A stretch of 63,316 nucleotides of DNA from an uncultured Chthoniobacterales bacterium (GCA_964249195.1 CAXUAZ010000001.1:1-63316), one strand, 5' to 3'. Positions 1-8,676 are shown, counted from the first letter of the stretch. Translations and numbers: made by a program. Notes: a model not told the origin generated them from the sequence alone.

Positions 1-155
1 TCCTGCGCTTTATGGCTTCCAGACTGAAAGACTCTAATTCTTCAACAGGCTGTTAAGCGAATGGAGGCTGGCGGTGCCGCTTTGTCGGACGTTCATGCTT
101 GACTTCTCTAGCCTACGTCGCTGAGCGTGGGGCATCAGATCATTACGCATGTCTC

Positions 156-683
156 ATGAAAAATTGGTTCAAAGCTCTTATTGGTACTCTTGCTGCAATA
201 TCATGGCTCAGTATCTTCGGCGTCGGCCTATTTTTGCCTGCCAAGATTGCGGTTGAGGCGCTTAAGACCGGCTTCCGCCTCGATAATTTCGGCCTTGCTA
301 TCATAGCCTTTACGCCGACCAACATCGCTATTCTGACCTGCTTGGCGTCACTCGTTGGTGGGTGCGCGAGCAATCTCGTTTATGCGAAAGCGGCTACGCC
401 TACCATGCCTCCATCGAATCCGCCAATATCGCCGCCAAGCAACCGAGAGGATAGCGTATTCTTTCTCACAGAAAATCCTGCAGCTTCAATGCTTCGTGGT
501 TTTGCCGTCTATTTGACTTTTCTTGCAGGTGTTTATATTACTTCGAACGAGCCGTTTGATAGTGCGACGCCGAATCAGTATGCCCGCATTGCAGGCACGA
601 TGTCGCTTCTTGCGTTTGTTGTTGGATACGATCCCACACTCTTCAGGGGTTTTGTTGGCATGCTTCCAAAGCCCGGCAAATAG
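156..683 (+). CDS. hypothetical integral membrane protein
   Basis: ORF 99..683 with the first ATG at 156 (MKNWFKALIGTLAAISWL...). It has several hydrophobic helices and a PPSNPPISPPSN linker. No family recognised. The region is visibly AT-richer than the rest of the window. Confidence 0.45.
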   Translation: MKNWFKALIGTLAAISWLSIFGVGLFLPAKIAVEALKTGFRLDNFGLAIIAFTPTNIAILTCLASLVGGCASNLVYAKAATPTMPPSNPPISPPSNREDSVFFLTENPAASMLRGFAVYLTFLAGVYITSNEPFDSATPNQYARIAGTMSLLAFVVGYDPTLFRGFVGMLPKPGK

Positions 684-959
684 GTGTGACATCAACTTTG
701 GCCCGACCGGTGACTACGACGTCGGCGCCCCGAAGAAGGCGACGGTGTCCATCCTGGATAATTACTGAAAGCGCCTCGGAAGCTCGAGGGCCGCGGAATG
801 AGGATGGTGTCGCCGCCGAGAGGCCGCTCAAAGTGAATGGCCTCCTTCGGGACGGCACGGGTAGCGGCTTGCCGCTCCGCGAAATCACCTCGCAGTGACC
901 CATTCCCCGGAGGCGTTTAACGGTTCGCGCTTCGGGGGAATTGAAGGTATGATCCGCCC

Positions 960-2303
960 ATGAATAAGCAAGCCGCTCTCGACGACTTCCTCGAATTTCT
1001 TCGTTTTGCCAGCGTCTCGACCGATTCCGCGTACGCGCCGCAAGTGAGCGCTTGCGCCGATTGGCTGGTGGCGAAATTGAATAAAATCGGGCTCGAGGCC
1101 GAGCGGCGGAAAACGCCCGGGCACCCGATCGTCGTCGCGCGCAACGAGCCAAAGGACGGTCGGCCCACGGTGTTGATTTACGGGCATTACGACGTCCAGC
1201 CGGTCGATCCGCTCAACCTGTGGGATTCCCCGCCGTTCGAGCCGCGGATCGAGAACGAAGTCGTTTACGCGCGGGGTTCGACGGACAACAAGGGGCAGAT
1301 TCTCGCGCACATCCTCGGGGTCGAGGCCGCTCTCAAGGAGACGGGGGAACTGCCGGTCAACGTCATCTTCCTGATCGAAGGCGAGGAAGAGGTGGGCAGC
1401 GAGCACCTCGGGGATTTCCTCGCGGCGAACAAAGCCGACTTTCGGTGCGACATCGTGGCCGTTTCAGACACCGGCATGGTGGGCCGCGGCCGGCCGACTT
1501 TCACCTACGGCCTGCGGGGCATCGCGGCGATGGAACTCTTCGTCACCGGCCCGTCGATTGATCTGCATTCCGGCGTGTACGGCGGGGCGGTGGCCAACCC
1601 GGCAACGGCCGTGGCACGGATCGTCGCGAGCCTCCACGGGGCGGACGGCAAGGTAGCCATCAGCGGGTTCTACGATGGGGTGGAAGACATTCAGGACTGG
1701 GAGCGCGAGGCGTGGGCAAAATTGCCGGTCAACGACGATGCGATCCTGGCGAATACCGGTGTGCCGGCACTGGTTGGCGAGGCGGGTTATTCCAGCGTCG
1801 AACGTTGTTTCGCCCGGCCAACGGCCGAGGTCAACGGCATCGGCGGCGGGTACCAGGGGGAGGGGACCAAGACGATCATCCCGGCCAAGGCGTTTGCGAA
1901 GCTGACGTTCCGGCTGGTGCCCGGGCAGGACCCCGCCCACGTGCTTCAATGCGCCGAGGCCCACGTGCGCGAGCATTGTCCAGAGGGCGTTCACCTGGAG
2001 ATCCGCACCGGCCATTCCGGACAGCCCTATGTGACCGATCCGCATTCACCGGCGGGCGAGGCGGCGCAGAGGGCGTTGCGCGAGACGTTCGATAACGTCG
2101 AGCCGGCGTTGATCCGCGAGGGCGGCAGCATCCCGATCGTGCAGACGTTCAAGGAACTGCTGGGCGTGGAGACGCTCCTCCTGGGTCTCGCGCTGCCTGA
2201 TTCCCGCGTCCATTCACCCAACGAAAATTTCCCGCTCGAAAATTTCTACGCGGGCATCGAGCTCAACCGCAATCTGCTGCGCGAGTTGGCGAAGGGCGTC
2301 TGA
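960..2303 (+). CDS. M20 family metallopeptidase / dipeptidase (ArgE/DapE/CPG2 superfamily)
   Basis: 447-aa ORF with YGHYDVQPVDP, ARGSTDNKGQ, IEGEEEVGS and VHSPNENF motifs typical of M20 dipeptidases. Confidence 0.85.
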   Translation: MNKQAALDDFLEFLRFASVSTDSAYAPQVSACADWLVAKLNKIGLEAERRKTPGHPIVVARNEPKDGRPTVLIYGHYDVQPVDPLNLWDSPPFEPRIENEVVYARGSTDNKGQILAHILGVEAALKETGELPVNVIFLIEGEEEVGSEHLGDFLAANKADFRCDIVAVSDTGMVGRGRPTFTYGLRGIAAMELFVTGPSIDLHSGVYGGAVANPATAVARIVASLHGADGKVAISGFYDGVEDIQDWEREAWAKLPVNDDAILANTGVPALVGEAGYSSVERCFARPTAEVNGIGGGYQGEGTKTIIPAKAFAKLTFRLVPGQDPAHVLQCAEAHVREHCPEGVHLEIRTGHSGQPYVTDPHSPAGEAAQRALRETFDNVEPALIREGGSIPIVQTFKELLGVETLLLGLALPDSRVHSPNENFPLENFYAGIELNRNLLRELAKGV

Positions 2304-2323
2304 CTGTGCGACAACTTATACCG

Positions 2324-2461
2324 ATGCCGACGTTAGCCGCGACTTCCCATATCTGGCTCGATGAGGCCGGACGCGCGCGGGTCGATGATACCAATGTGAA
2401 GGTGATCGAACTGGCCCTTGACCACGGCTTGAACGCAGCGCCCAAGCGGCGGAGACGGTGA
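2324..2461 (+). pseudogene. 45-codon ORF resembling the N-terminal part of DUF433-type small proteins (probable remnant)
   Basis: Own translation gives MPTLAATSHIWLDEAGRARVDDTNVKVIELALDH followed by GLNAAPKRRRR-stop. The HIWLDE..DDTNVKVIE..LDH stretch recalls DUF433 proteins from memory. The C-terminal half of such proteins is missing. Confidence 0.25.
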
Positions 2462-2489
2462 ATTCGCCGATGCAATCTGCTGCGTGAAC

Positions 2490-3077
2490 TTACGGGCGAG
2501 GGGGCGGAAAGGCCACTCGATCGTAGATCTCGGCAACAGTTAATTCACAATCAACGCTTATTAGGGGCAACAGATGCGACGGATGATCGAATTGGCTCAA
2601 CGTCCATTTGCCGCTGGGCTGGCGGGTATGCAACTCGATCTCTATTCGTTCTGCGGAGACGAGCACATAATCAATAAGCGACTCGAGTTTCCTGTAGCGG
2701 GCGAATTTGTCGCCCCGGTCGAATCCTTCTGTTGAGGGAGAAAGAACCTCGAAAATAACTTGGGGATTTAGGAGACTCTGGGGATTGTCGTGCGTTTCGA
2801 ACTCCGGTTTGCCGCACAAGGCTGAGACATCAGGATAGGTGTACAAGTCAGCATCCTTTACCCGGATTCGCATATCGGAAGTGAATACAGTGCAGCCGCG
2901 TCCTCGGATCCGGTTGCCAAGGGCAAACAAGATATTAGCGGTCACATTGTCATGCCAGGGCTGCGCCCCAGCCATCGCGAAGATCTCGCCGGCCACATAC
3001 TGGCTTTTGTATTCCGCCGGCAACTCTAGCGCCAGATACTTGTCCGGAGTAAAACGAAGTTTTGACAGCGCGCCCAT
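2490..3077 (-). CDS. Uma2 family (DUF820) endonuclease
   Basis: 195 aa. The layout (YVAGEIFAMAGAQPWHDNVTANILFALG ... TYPDVSALCG ... PQVIFEVLSPST) matches the PD-(D/E)xK Uma2 family. Local GC is lower. Confidence 0.75.
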   Translation of the reverse strand: MGALSKLRFTPDKYLALELPAEYKSQYVAGEIFAMAGAQPWHDNVTANILFALGNRIRGRGCTVFTSDMRIRVKDADLYTYPDVSALCGKPEFETHDNPQSLLNPQVIFEVLSPSTEGFDRGDKFARYRKLESLIDYVLVSAERIEIELHTRQPSGKWTLSQFDHPSHLLPLISVDCELTVAEIYDRVAFPPPRP

Positions 3078-3141
3078 GCTCCCACATTAAAAGGCAAGCA
3101 GGAGAATCTGCAACTTGTCAGGATGCCCAATTTACTAAGGT

Positions 3142-3990
3142 ATGAAGATCGTTCCTTACTTCCAATCCTTCGCCTTCGCCGTTGCTCTTTTTTTGTTTGC
3201 CGACCCGCTGCTGGGCGCCACGCATCATCGTCAAAAGCCCATTCCGGCGCCACAGGAGGATGCGTCGCCTTCACCTGCTCCCCGCCATCGGCAAGTTGAA
3301 CCGGATGATGCCAAGACCCCGACCCCTGCGGGCGCCGCCACTTCCAGCATCGATCCCCAGGAACTCGCCGACTTCGACCAGCAGCCGGAACCCGTGCGCC
3401 GTCTCCTCACCGCTGCGCTGGATCTCACCCGGCGCAATCTGACTTACACCTACGGCTCGGCCGACCCGGCGGCGGGCGGCATGGATTGCTCCGGGACCGT
3501 GTTCTACCTCCTGAACGCCGCCGGCTTCAAAGACGTCCCCCGTGACGCCAGCGGGCAGTACGTGTGGGTGCGCAAGCAGGCCCGCTTCTACGCCGTGCTC
3601 AGCAAGAAGGCGGAAAACGCCGAACTCGATGAACTCCGCCCCGGCGACCTCATGTTCTGGAGCGGCACCTACAACGTGGACCGTGACCCGCCCGTGACTC
3701 ACACCATGATCTATCTCGGCAAACGCAAGTCTGACGGCAAACGTCTCATGTTCGGCGCCAGCGATGGTCGGCCCTACGATGGGCAACGTCGCAATGGCGT
3801 CAGCGTCTTCGACTTCAAGATGCCCGCCGCCCGCAGCGCCGACAAGACCGATTCCGCCACGGCCGCCGCTCCCGATCATTCACCGGATTTTGCCGGCTAC
3901 GGACCCATCCCTGGGATGGCCGATCGCAACGATGAAGCAATGCGCCGGGAAAAGCATCACCTGGAGGGCGACGCTCCGTCGTCGCCGTAG
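3142..3990 (+). CDS. secreted NlpC/P60 (C40) family peptidase
   Basis: Signal-peptide-like N-terminus (MKIVPYFQSFAFAVALFLFADPLLGA). Catalytic Cys context GGMDCSGTVFYLLN and His context THTMIYLG. Confidence 0.85.
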   Translation: MKIVPYFQSFAFAVALFLFADPLLGATHHRQKPIPAPQEDASPSPAPRHRQVEPDDAKTPTPAGAATSSIDPQELADFDQQPEPVRRLLTAALDLTRRNLTYTYGSADPAAGGMDCSGTVFYLLNAAGFKDVPRDASGQYVWVRKQARFYAVLSKKAENAELDELRPGDLMFWSGTYNVDRDPPVTHTMIYLGKRKSDGKRLMFGASDGRPYDGQRRNGVSVFDFKMPAARSADKTDSATAAAPDHSPDFAGYGPIPGMADRNDEAMRREKHHLEGDAPSSP

Positions 3991-4056
3991 ATCGATTGAA
4001 TTCGGCGCGCCCTGAGGCAGAATCAGCTACGGCGACGACGGAGCGTCGCCCTCCAG
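3961..4056. terminator. perfect 30-bp inverted repeat between convergent genes (likely bidirectional terminator / REP-like element)
   Basis: 3961..3990 (ctggagggcgacgctccgtcgtcgccgtag) is the exact reverse complement of 4027..4056. Each arm also contains its own 7-bp hairpin (ggcgacg-N6-cgtcgcc). The left arm encodes the last 9 codons plus stop of the NlpC/P60 gene. Confidence 0.7.
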
Positions 4057-4063
4057 GGGTCGG

Positions 4064-4603
4064 TTAACGGCCGCGCACGTAATCGACCACCTTCTGCCGA
4101 TCCCCGTTCGCGGACCACACGTTGCGCAGGAAATCCGCCGGATTCAGCCCGTGCTCACGGAAGAAATTGCGGTCCCCGCCGCAGTTATACATCAATTCCG
4201 GCGGCATCTCGCCGCGCAGCTTGGCCTCCGCTTTTTCGATCACGCGCGGCAGCCACCGGATGCCGTCGAGTTCGGCGTCCTTGGCGGGCAGATCGTCGGC
4301 CGAGATCACTTTCTTTGAGCGCTGGCCTTTCTGCACGGTTAGGAGGTAATCCCGGCGCGCGGCGCTGATGAGGAGCACCGTTTCCCAATCGGGCTCGCTG
4401 GATTTCTCGTGATCTTCGGCAAAGTCGAAGAGCTCCTGCGGCGTCTGCCCGATGGAGGCAAGGTAGTCGATCTGATCGATGCTGAAATAGCGGCGCGGAT
4501 CACGTTCACCCGTGCGATACCGATCCAGCGCGAGCACGAAAAGTTGCTTCAGCTCATGGTGCCAGCGATACTGCGTGGTGTCAGGTTGGGACGTCATGGA
4601 CAT
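4064..4603 (-). CDS. DUF5069 domain-containing protein
   Basis: The C-terminal half (IRWLPRVIEKAEAKLRGEMPPELMYNCGGDRNFFREHGLNPADFL) matches my recollection of the DUF5069 family. The N-terminal ~100 aa are unassigned. Confidence 0.65.
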   Translation of the reverse strand: MSMTSQPDTTQYRWHHELKQLFVLALDRYRTGERDPRRYFSIDQIDYLASIGQTPQELFDFAEDHEKSSEPDWETVLLISAARRDYLLTVQKGQRSKKVISADDLPAKDAELDGIRWLPRVIEKAEAKLRGEMPPELMYNCGGDRNFFREHGLNPADFLRNVWSANGDRQKVVDYVRGR

Positions 4604-4643
4604 GGCGCCATCTTAGCGTGCAAATGTTCGCTCCGCAAAGCGG

Positions 4644-6107
4644 ATGCACTTGCCCTTTACAGCGCCGGTCTTCTTCACGACGATTTCCATTTCCCGCGTG
4701 ACGAACTCCAACGCTTCCCACCTCCAACCCGCTGCGCCCCGGCGCGTGCTCGTGATCGGAGCAACGGGCGCCGGAAAAACCACGCTGATTACCACGCTGA
4801 CCGCGTCCGGGCGCAGCATCGTTTTCCTCGAGAGCCCGCGCGAGTTCCTGCGCGAACTCGTCGCCGGCGCCCCGCCGGCGGACGCCGCCATCTGGGCGGT
4901 CGCCGCCAACGACGCCAGCCAACAAACGCACGTCGCGGACTTGCTGCGCATGCTGGGCGTTCACCGTATTGCCATCACCAAGCTGGACCTCGCCGCGGAT
5001 GCGTTTGAAGCGGTCGAATGCACATGTCGCAAGGAACTCGAGCGGGTCGGCATCGAGGTGGGTTGCGTCTCGGCGGGCGACGACGGGAGACTTCTCTCGT
5101 GGCTGGCCGAGGAACGCGCTCCCGCTCCATTGCGCTTTGCCGCGCGGGAGGTGAGAACCAGGACGCTCAAGGCGAGCGTGTTTTGGGACGGCAACCGCGA
5201 CTTGACCCTTGGCGCGGGCTGTCTGCTCAAGATCTCCACGGAGACGGTGGAATGCGAGGTGGTCTCCATCGAGAACGTGATCGACAGCGTCACCCTCAAG
5301 ACGCCGCCCGTGCGCGAAGGCAGCGGCTTCAGCCGGTTTTCGCGCAGCGATCTGGCCGAGGTGACCTTCGAGACCCGTCAGGCGCTCGCGTTGGACAACC
5401 ACGAACGCGTGCCGGCGCTCGGCCGGTTCGTGCTCGTCGAGGATGGCCAGGCGATCGGCGGCGGGATCGTCATCGGGGGCGTTTATACGGACCGCCGGGC
5501 GGTCAAGAGCCAGAACATCACCTGGAGCGAAGGCGCCATCACGCGAGACGACCGCTTCCGGCGCAACCGCCATCGCGGCGCCGTCGTCTGGCTGACGGGG
5601 CTCAGCGGCGCGGGCAAGTCCACGCTGGCGCACGAGTTGGAACGAGAACTCTTCGAGCGGCAGTTTCACGTGTACGTGCTCGACGGCGATAACGTCCGGC
5701 ATGGGCTCAACGCGAATCTCGGGTTTTCGCCGGAGGATCGGCTGGAAAATGTCCGGCGCGTGGGGGAGGTGGCGCGCCTGATGGCAGATAGCGGGTTGGT
5801 CACGCTCACCGCGTTCATTTCGCCGTACCGGGCGGATCGCCGCCGGGCGCGGGAGATCGCGCTGGAAGGCGGCTGCGAGTTCATCGAGATTTTCGTCGAC
5901 GCGTCGCTGGCCGAGTGCGAACGACGCGACCCGAAGAATCTATATAAGAAGGCGCGCGCCGGGCAGATCAAGCAGTTCACCGGGATCGACGCGCCGTACG
6001 AGCGGCCGGAGAACCCGGAGATCGTGGTGCGCACGGACCAGCAAACGGCGGCCGAGTCAGTCGCGTTGATCCTGGAGAGCCTCCTGCCGCGGCTGCGGAT
6101 GGAGTGA
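4644..6107 (+). CDS. cysC: adenylylsulfate (APS) kinase fused to a degenerate CysN/EF-Tu-like N-terminal region
   Basis: The C-terminal ~200 aa are a clear APS kinase (VVWLTGLSGAGKSTLAHELE...YVLDGDNVRHGLN...SPYRADR). The N-terminus has a P-loop (GATGAGKTT), TKLD in place of NKxD, and an EF-Tu domain II/III-like segment (GRFVLVEDGQAIGGGIV). The start is uncertain; an alternative GTG lies at 4746. Confidence 0.8.
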   Translation: MHLPFTAPVFFTTISISRVTNSNASHLQPAAPRRVLVIGATGAGKTTLITTLTASGRSIVFLESPREFLRELVAGAPPADAAIWAVAANDASQQTHVADLLRMLGVHRIAITKLDLAADAFEAVECTCRKELERVGIEVGCVSAGDDGRLLSWLAEERAPAPLRFAAREVRTRTLKASVFWDGNRDLTLGAGCLLKISTETVECEVVSIENVIDSVTLKTPPVREGSGFSRFSRSDLAEVTFETRQALALDNHERVPALGRFVLVEDGQAIGGGIVIGGVYTDRRAVKSQNITWSEGAITRDDRFRRNRHRGAVVWLTGLSGAGKSTLAHELERELFERQFHVYVLDGDNVRHGLNANLGFSPEDRLENVRRVGEVARLMADSGLVTLTAFISPYRADRRRAREIALEGGCEFIEIFVDASLAECERRDPKNLYKKARAGQIKQFTGIDAPYERPENPEIVVRTDQQTAAESVALILESLLPRLRME

Positions 6108-6150
6108 AGGTGTCTCGCGCAGAGGCGCTTATAAAAGATGCAACGTCGCT

Positions 6151-6166
6151 TGTGAAATTTTTCACA
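6151..6166. promoter_or_regulatory. CRP/FNR-family-type palindrome TGTGA-N6-TCACA upstream of the atp operon
   Basis: tgtgaaatttttcaca, with 8-bp perfect arms (ttgtgaaa / tttcacaa), lies in an AT-rich stretch about 150 nt upstream of the atpB ATG. Confidence 0.3.
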
Positions 6167-6316
6167 AATAGAACTTGCCTCCGCATGCGTCCAATTGTTT
6201 TATAGCGCACGAATCCCTTTGCTCCGTAAGTGTGGTGGAACCCCGATCCGCCCGTTCGAACGCCGGGCCGCTGGCGCCGCACAAGGATTCGTCGTCTCCA
6301 AGTGTCATCTGCCCTC

Positions 6317-7192
6317 ATGTTTAACCTGTTTGCCCAGATCCCGCTCAACGCGGAACGGCTCCCCGGAATGGGATCCACGCTCACCAACTCGCTGTTGGTG
6401 GCCGCGATCGTGACGGTGCTGATCCTTTGGCTGTGCCGCCGCGCCACGAGCAAAATGGAGATTGTTCCCGGCCGACCAGAGCAAAACATCTTCGAGGCCG
6501 TCGTCGAAGCGCTTTACGACATGGTCGAAGGCATTGTTGGCCGGCACATGGTGGCGCGGACTTTTCCGCTGCTGGCCACGCTCTTTATCTTCATCCTGAT
6601 CTCCAATTGGTTCGGTCTTCTTCCCGGCGTGGGCACGATCGGCTTTGGGGCGCATGGGACGGTGCACGGGCCGGGATTGTCGCTGCACGAAGTCGAAGCG
6701 CCGCTTCTGCGCCCTGCCAACGCCGACCTCAACTTGACGCTCGGCATGGCGCTGATCTTCAGCGCGTTCTGGTTGTACTGGAGCTTTCAGGAACTTGGCG
6801 CCGGTGGGTTCATCACCCACATCTTCGGGGTCAAAGGCGGGCTGACCGGCGTGCTGGCCATCGCGCTGCTGCCCATCTTTATCTTCGTCGGCATCATCGA
6901 GGTGATTTCGATTGCCTTTCGGCCGGTTTCCTTGTCTTTGCGGCTCTTTGGCAACATCTACGCCGGTGAAAATCTAATGCACACGATGTCCAACCTCGGC
7001 GACACCATGGGCGCGCCGCACGCGATTGCGTTGATCATGAAGGTGCTCATCCCCATACCCTTCTACTTCCTGGAGATTCTGGTCGGGGTCGTGCAGGCGC
7101 TCGTCTTTACGCTGCTTTGCGCGGTCTACATTCAACTGATGACCGCGCATGAAGGCGGTGACGATCACGGAAAGGCCGCCGCGCACCACTGA
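6317..7192 (+). CDS. atpB: F0F1 ATP synthase subunit a
   Basis: ORF 6230..7192. The likely start is the ATG at 6317 (MFNLFAQIPLN). Polytopic, with the conserved LSLRLFGNIYAGE motif. Confidence 0.9.
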   Translation: MFNLFAQIPLNAERLPGMGSTLTNSLLVAAIVTVLILWLCRRATSKMEIVPGRPEQNIFEAVVEALYDMVEGIVGRHMVARTFPLLATLFIFILISNWFGLLPGVGTIGFGAHGTVHGPGLSLHEVEAPLLRPANADLNLTLGMALIFSAFWLYWSFQELGAGGFITHIFGVKGGLTGVLAIALLPIFIFVGIIEVISIAFRPVSLSLRLFGNIYAGENLMHTMSNLGDTMGAPHAIALIMKVLIPIPFYFLEILVGVVQALVFTLLCAVYIQLMTAHEGGDDHGKAAAHH

Positions 7193-7270
7193 GATTTTCC
7201 CGGCGGGACCATCCAAAGAGAGTGGACGCCGGGAGCAACACCAACAAAACGTTAGAGAAAAAAACCTTAT

Positions 7271-7546
7271 ATGATGATCGACACCTTACATCTCCTCGCC
7301 CAAGCGGCGGAACCCGTCACCACGGCCGCCGTCGCGGGCGGCAAGAGCATCGGGCCGACGATCGCCCTGGCTGGGGCCGGTCTCGGCGGCGCTCTCGGCG
7401 TCGGCATGGTTGGCGCGAAGGCGGCGGAAGCAGTGGGCCGCAATCCCGGCGCGTTTGGCCAGATCCTGACCATCAGCATCATCGGCATGGCGCTTGCGGA
7501 AGCCATCGCGATTTACGCGCTGATCGTGTTCTTCCTCTACAAATAA
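7271..7546 (+). CDS. atpE: F0F1 ATP synthase subunit c
   Basis: 91 aa, a hairpin of two helices with GRNPGA loop and ion-binding Glu context MALAEAIAIYALIV. N-terminal extension of about 20 aa. Confidence 0.9.
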   Translation: MMIDTLHLLAQAAEPVTTAAVAGGKSIGPTIALAGAGLGGALGVGMVGAKAAEAVGRNPGAFGQILTISIIGMALAEAIAIYALIVFFLYK

Positions 7547-7630
7547 GTCTTTTCCTGCCGGTCGCTCGCGAGCCTATTGGTTTGCCGAGCGGCCCGGCGG
7601 GCTCCGCAATCCCCACTTTCCCTTCGAGAT

Positions 7631-8128
7631 ATGAGCGAAATCTTGCGCACTTTTGGCGTTAACTGGCCCGACTTCCTTGCCCAGACGCTCGCGTTTGCGG
7701 CGGTCGTCTTCATCCTGTGGAAGTTCGCTTTCGGGCCGATCATCGCCGTGCTCGAGGAGCGCCGCCGGCGGATTGCCGAAGGCATGTCCAACGCCGACAA
7801 GATCAAGCTGCAGCTCGCCGAGTCCGAGGTGAAGTACCGCGAGATTCTCGATCAGGCCAACGCCCAGGCGCAAAAGCTGGTCAACGAAGCCCGCGCCAGC
7901 AGCGACGCGCTCGCCGAGCGCCGGCAGCAGGATGCCATTACGGAATCCGAGCGCATCATCGCCCGGGCGCGTGAGGCCACCCAGCTCGAGCACGACCGCG
8001 TGCTCAACGACGTGAAGCGCGAACTTGGCCGACTGGTCATTGACACCGCCTCCAAGGTGACGGGCAAGATTTTAAATGATGACGACCAGCGCCGCCTCAA
8101 CGAAGAGACCGCGCGTCAGGTTGGCTGA
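7631..8128 (+). CDS. atpF: F0F1 ATP synthase subunit b
   Basis: ORF 7577..8128 with ATG at 7631 (MSEILRTFGVNWPDF). One N-terminal TM helix followed by a long charged coiled coil. Position between atpE and atpH. Confidence 0.85.
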   Translation: MSEILRTFGVNWPDFLAQTLAFAAVVFILWKFAFGPIIAVLEERRRRIAEGMSNADKIKLQLAESEVKYREILDQANAQAQKLVNEARASSDALAERRQQDAITESERIIARAREATQLEHDRVLNDVKRELGRLVIDTASKVTGKILNDDDQRRLNEETARQVG

Positions 8129-8150
8129 GGCTCCGTTGCGCATCATCGCC

Positions 8151-8543
8151 ATGAAAATTACCAAGGAAGCTCGTCAACTTTCCCGTCAGCTTTTCCGTCT
8201 GAGTTTCACCGACAAGCGGCTCGATCGCGGCAAGGTCAGCTCAATCGTGCAGACGGTGATCAACGAGAAGCCGCGTCATTACGAGGGCGCCCTCGAGGCG
8301 TACCAGCGGTTGCTCCGCTTGGAAGTCGAGAAGCGGCATGCGGTCATCGAGAGCGCCACGCCGTTGAGCGAGGAGACCGGCTCTTCCATCGTAGCGAACC
8401 TCAAACAGAAGTACGGCGACGACCTCACCTCGGAGTTCGCGGTCAACCCGGATCTGATCGGCGGCATGCGGATCAAGATCGGCAGTGACGTGTGGGACGG
8501 CAGCGTGCGCAGCCGCCTCGCGTCCCTTCAGGAACAACTTTAA
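8151..8543 (+). CDS. atpH: F0F1 ATP synthase subunit delta (OSCP), short form
   Basis: ORF 8076..8543 with ATG at 8151. C-terminal OSCP-like motif NPDLIGGMRIKIGSDVWDGSVRSRL. Only 130 aa. Confidence 0.8.
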   Translation: MKITKEARQLSRQLFRLSFTDKRLDRGKVSSIVQTVINEKPRHYEGALEAYQRLLRLEVEKRHAVIESATPLSEETGSSIVANLKQKYGDDLTSEFAVNPDLIGGMRIKIGSDVWDGSVRSRLASLQEQL

Positions 8544-8545
8544 AG

Positions 8546-8664
8546 AAAGGCAGAAGGATGAAGGATGAAGGCAGAAGGAAATACAAACCCGAACTCTTCG
8601 ATATTGAACACCCCGTGACCCTCTGCTTCCGCCTTCATCCTTCTGCCTTCATCCTTCTGCCTTC
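8546..8664. repeat. heptad-repeat hairpin element 1 (atpH-atpA spacer)
   Basis: Five tandem heptads AAAGGCA GAAGGAT GAAGGAT GAAGGCA GAAGGAA (8546..8580), a 49-nt spacer, then five complementary heptads CGCCTTC ATCCTTC TGCCTTC ATCCTTC TGCCTTC (8630..8664). Confidence 0.9.
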
Positions 8665-8676
8665 CATCTTTTCCCT

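Noticed and set aside
688-959. Protein-like tail (DINFGPTGDYDVGAPKKATVSILDNY-stop) and other short ORF fragments after the first gene, possibly remnants of a disrupted larger gene
   Set aside because: There is only a vague resemblance to the end of Calx-beta-type domains, no start or upstream continuation, and it cannot be supported by eye.
2269-2484. 13-nt identity (gcaatctgctgcg), plus three similar codons, between the M20 gene 3-prime end and a site 200 nt downstream; a possible target-site duplication
   Set aside because: It is too short and imperfect. The second copy lies inside the Uma2 gene 3-prime end on the other strand. I cannot distinguish it from chance without a search.
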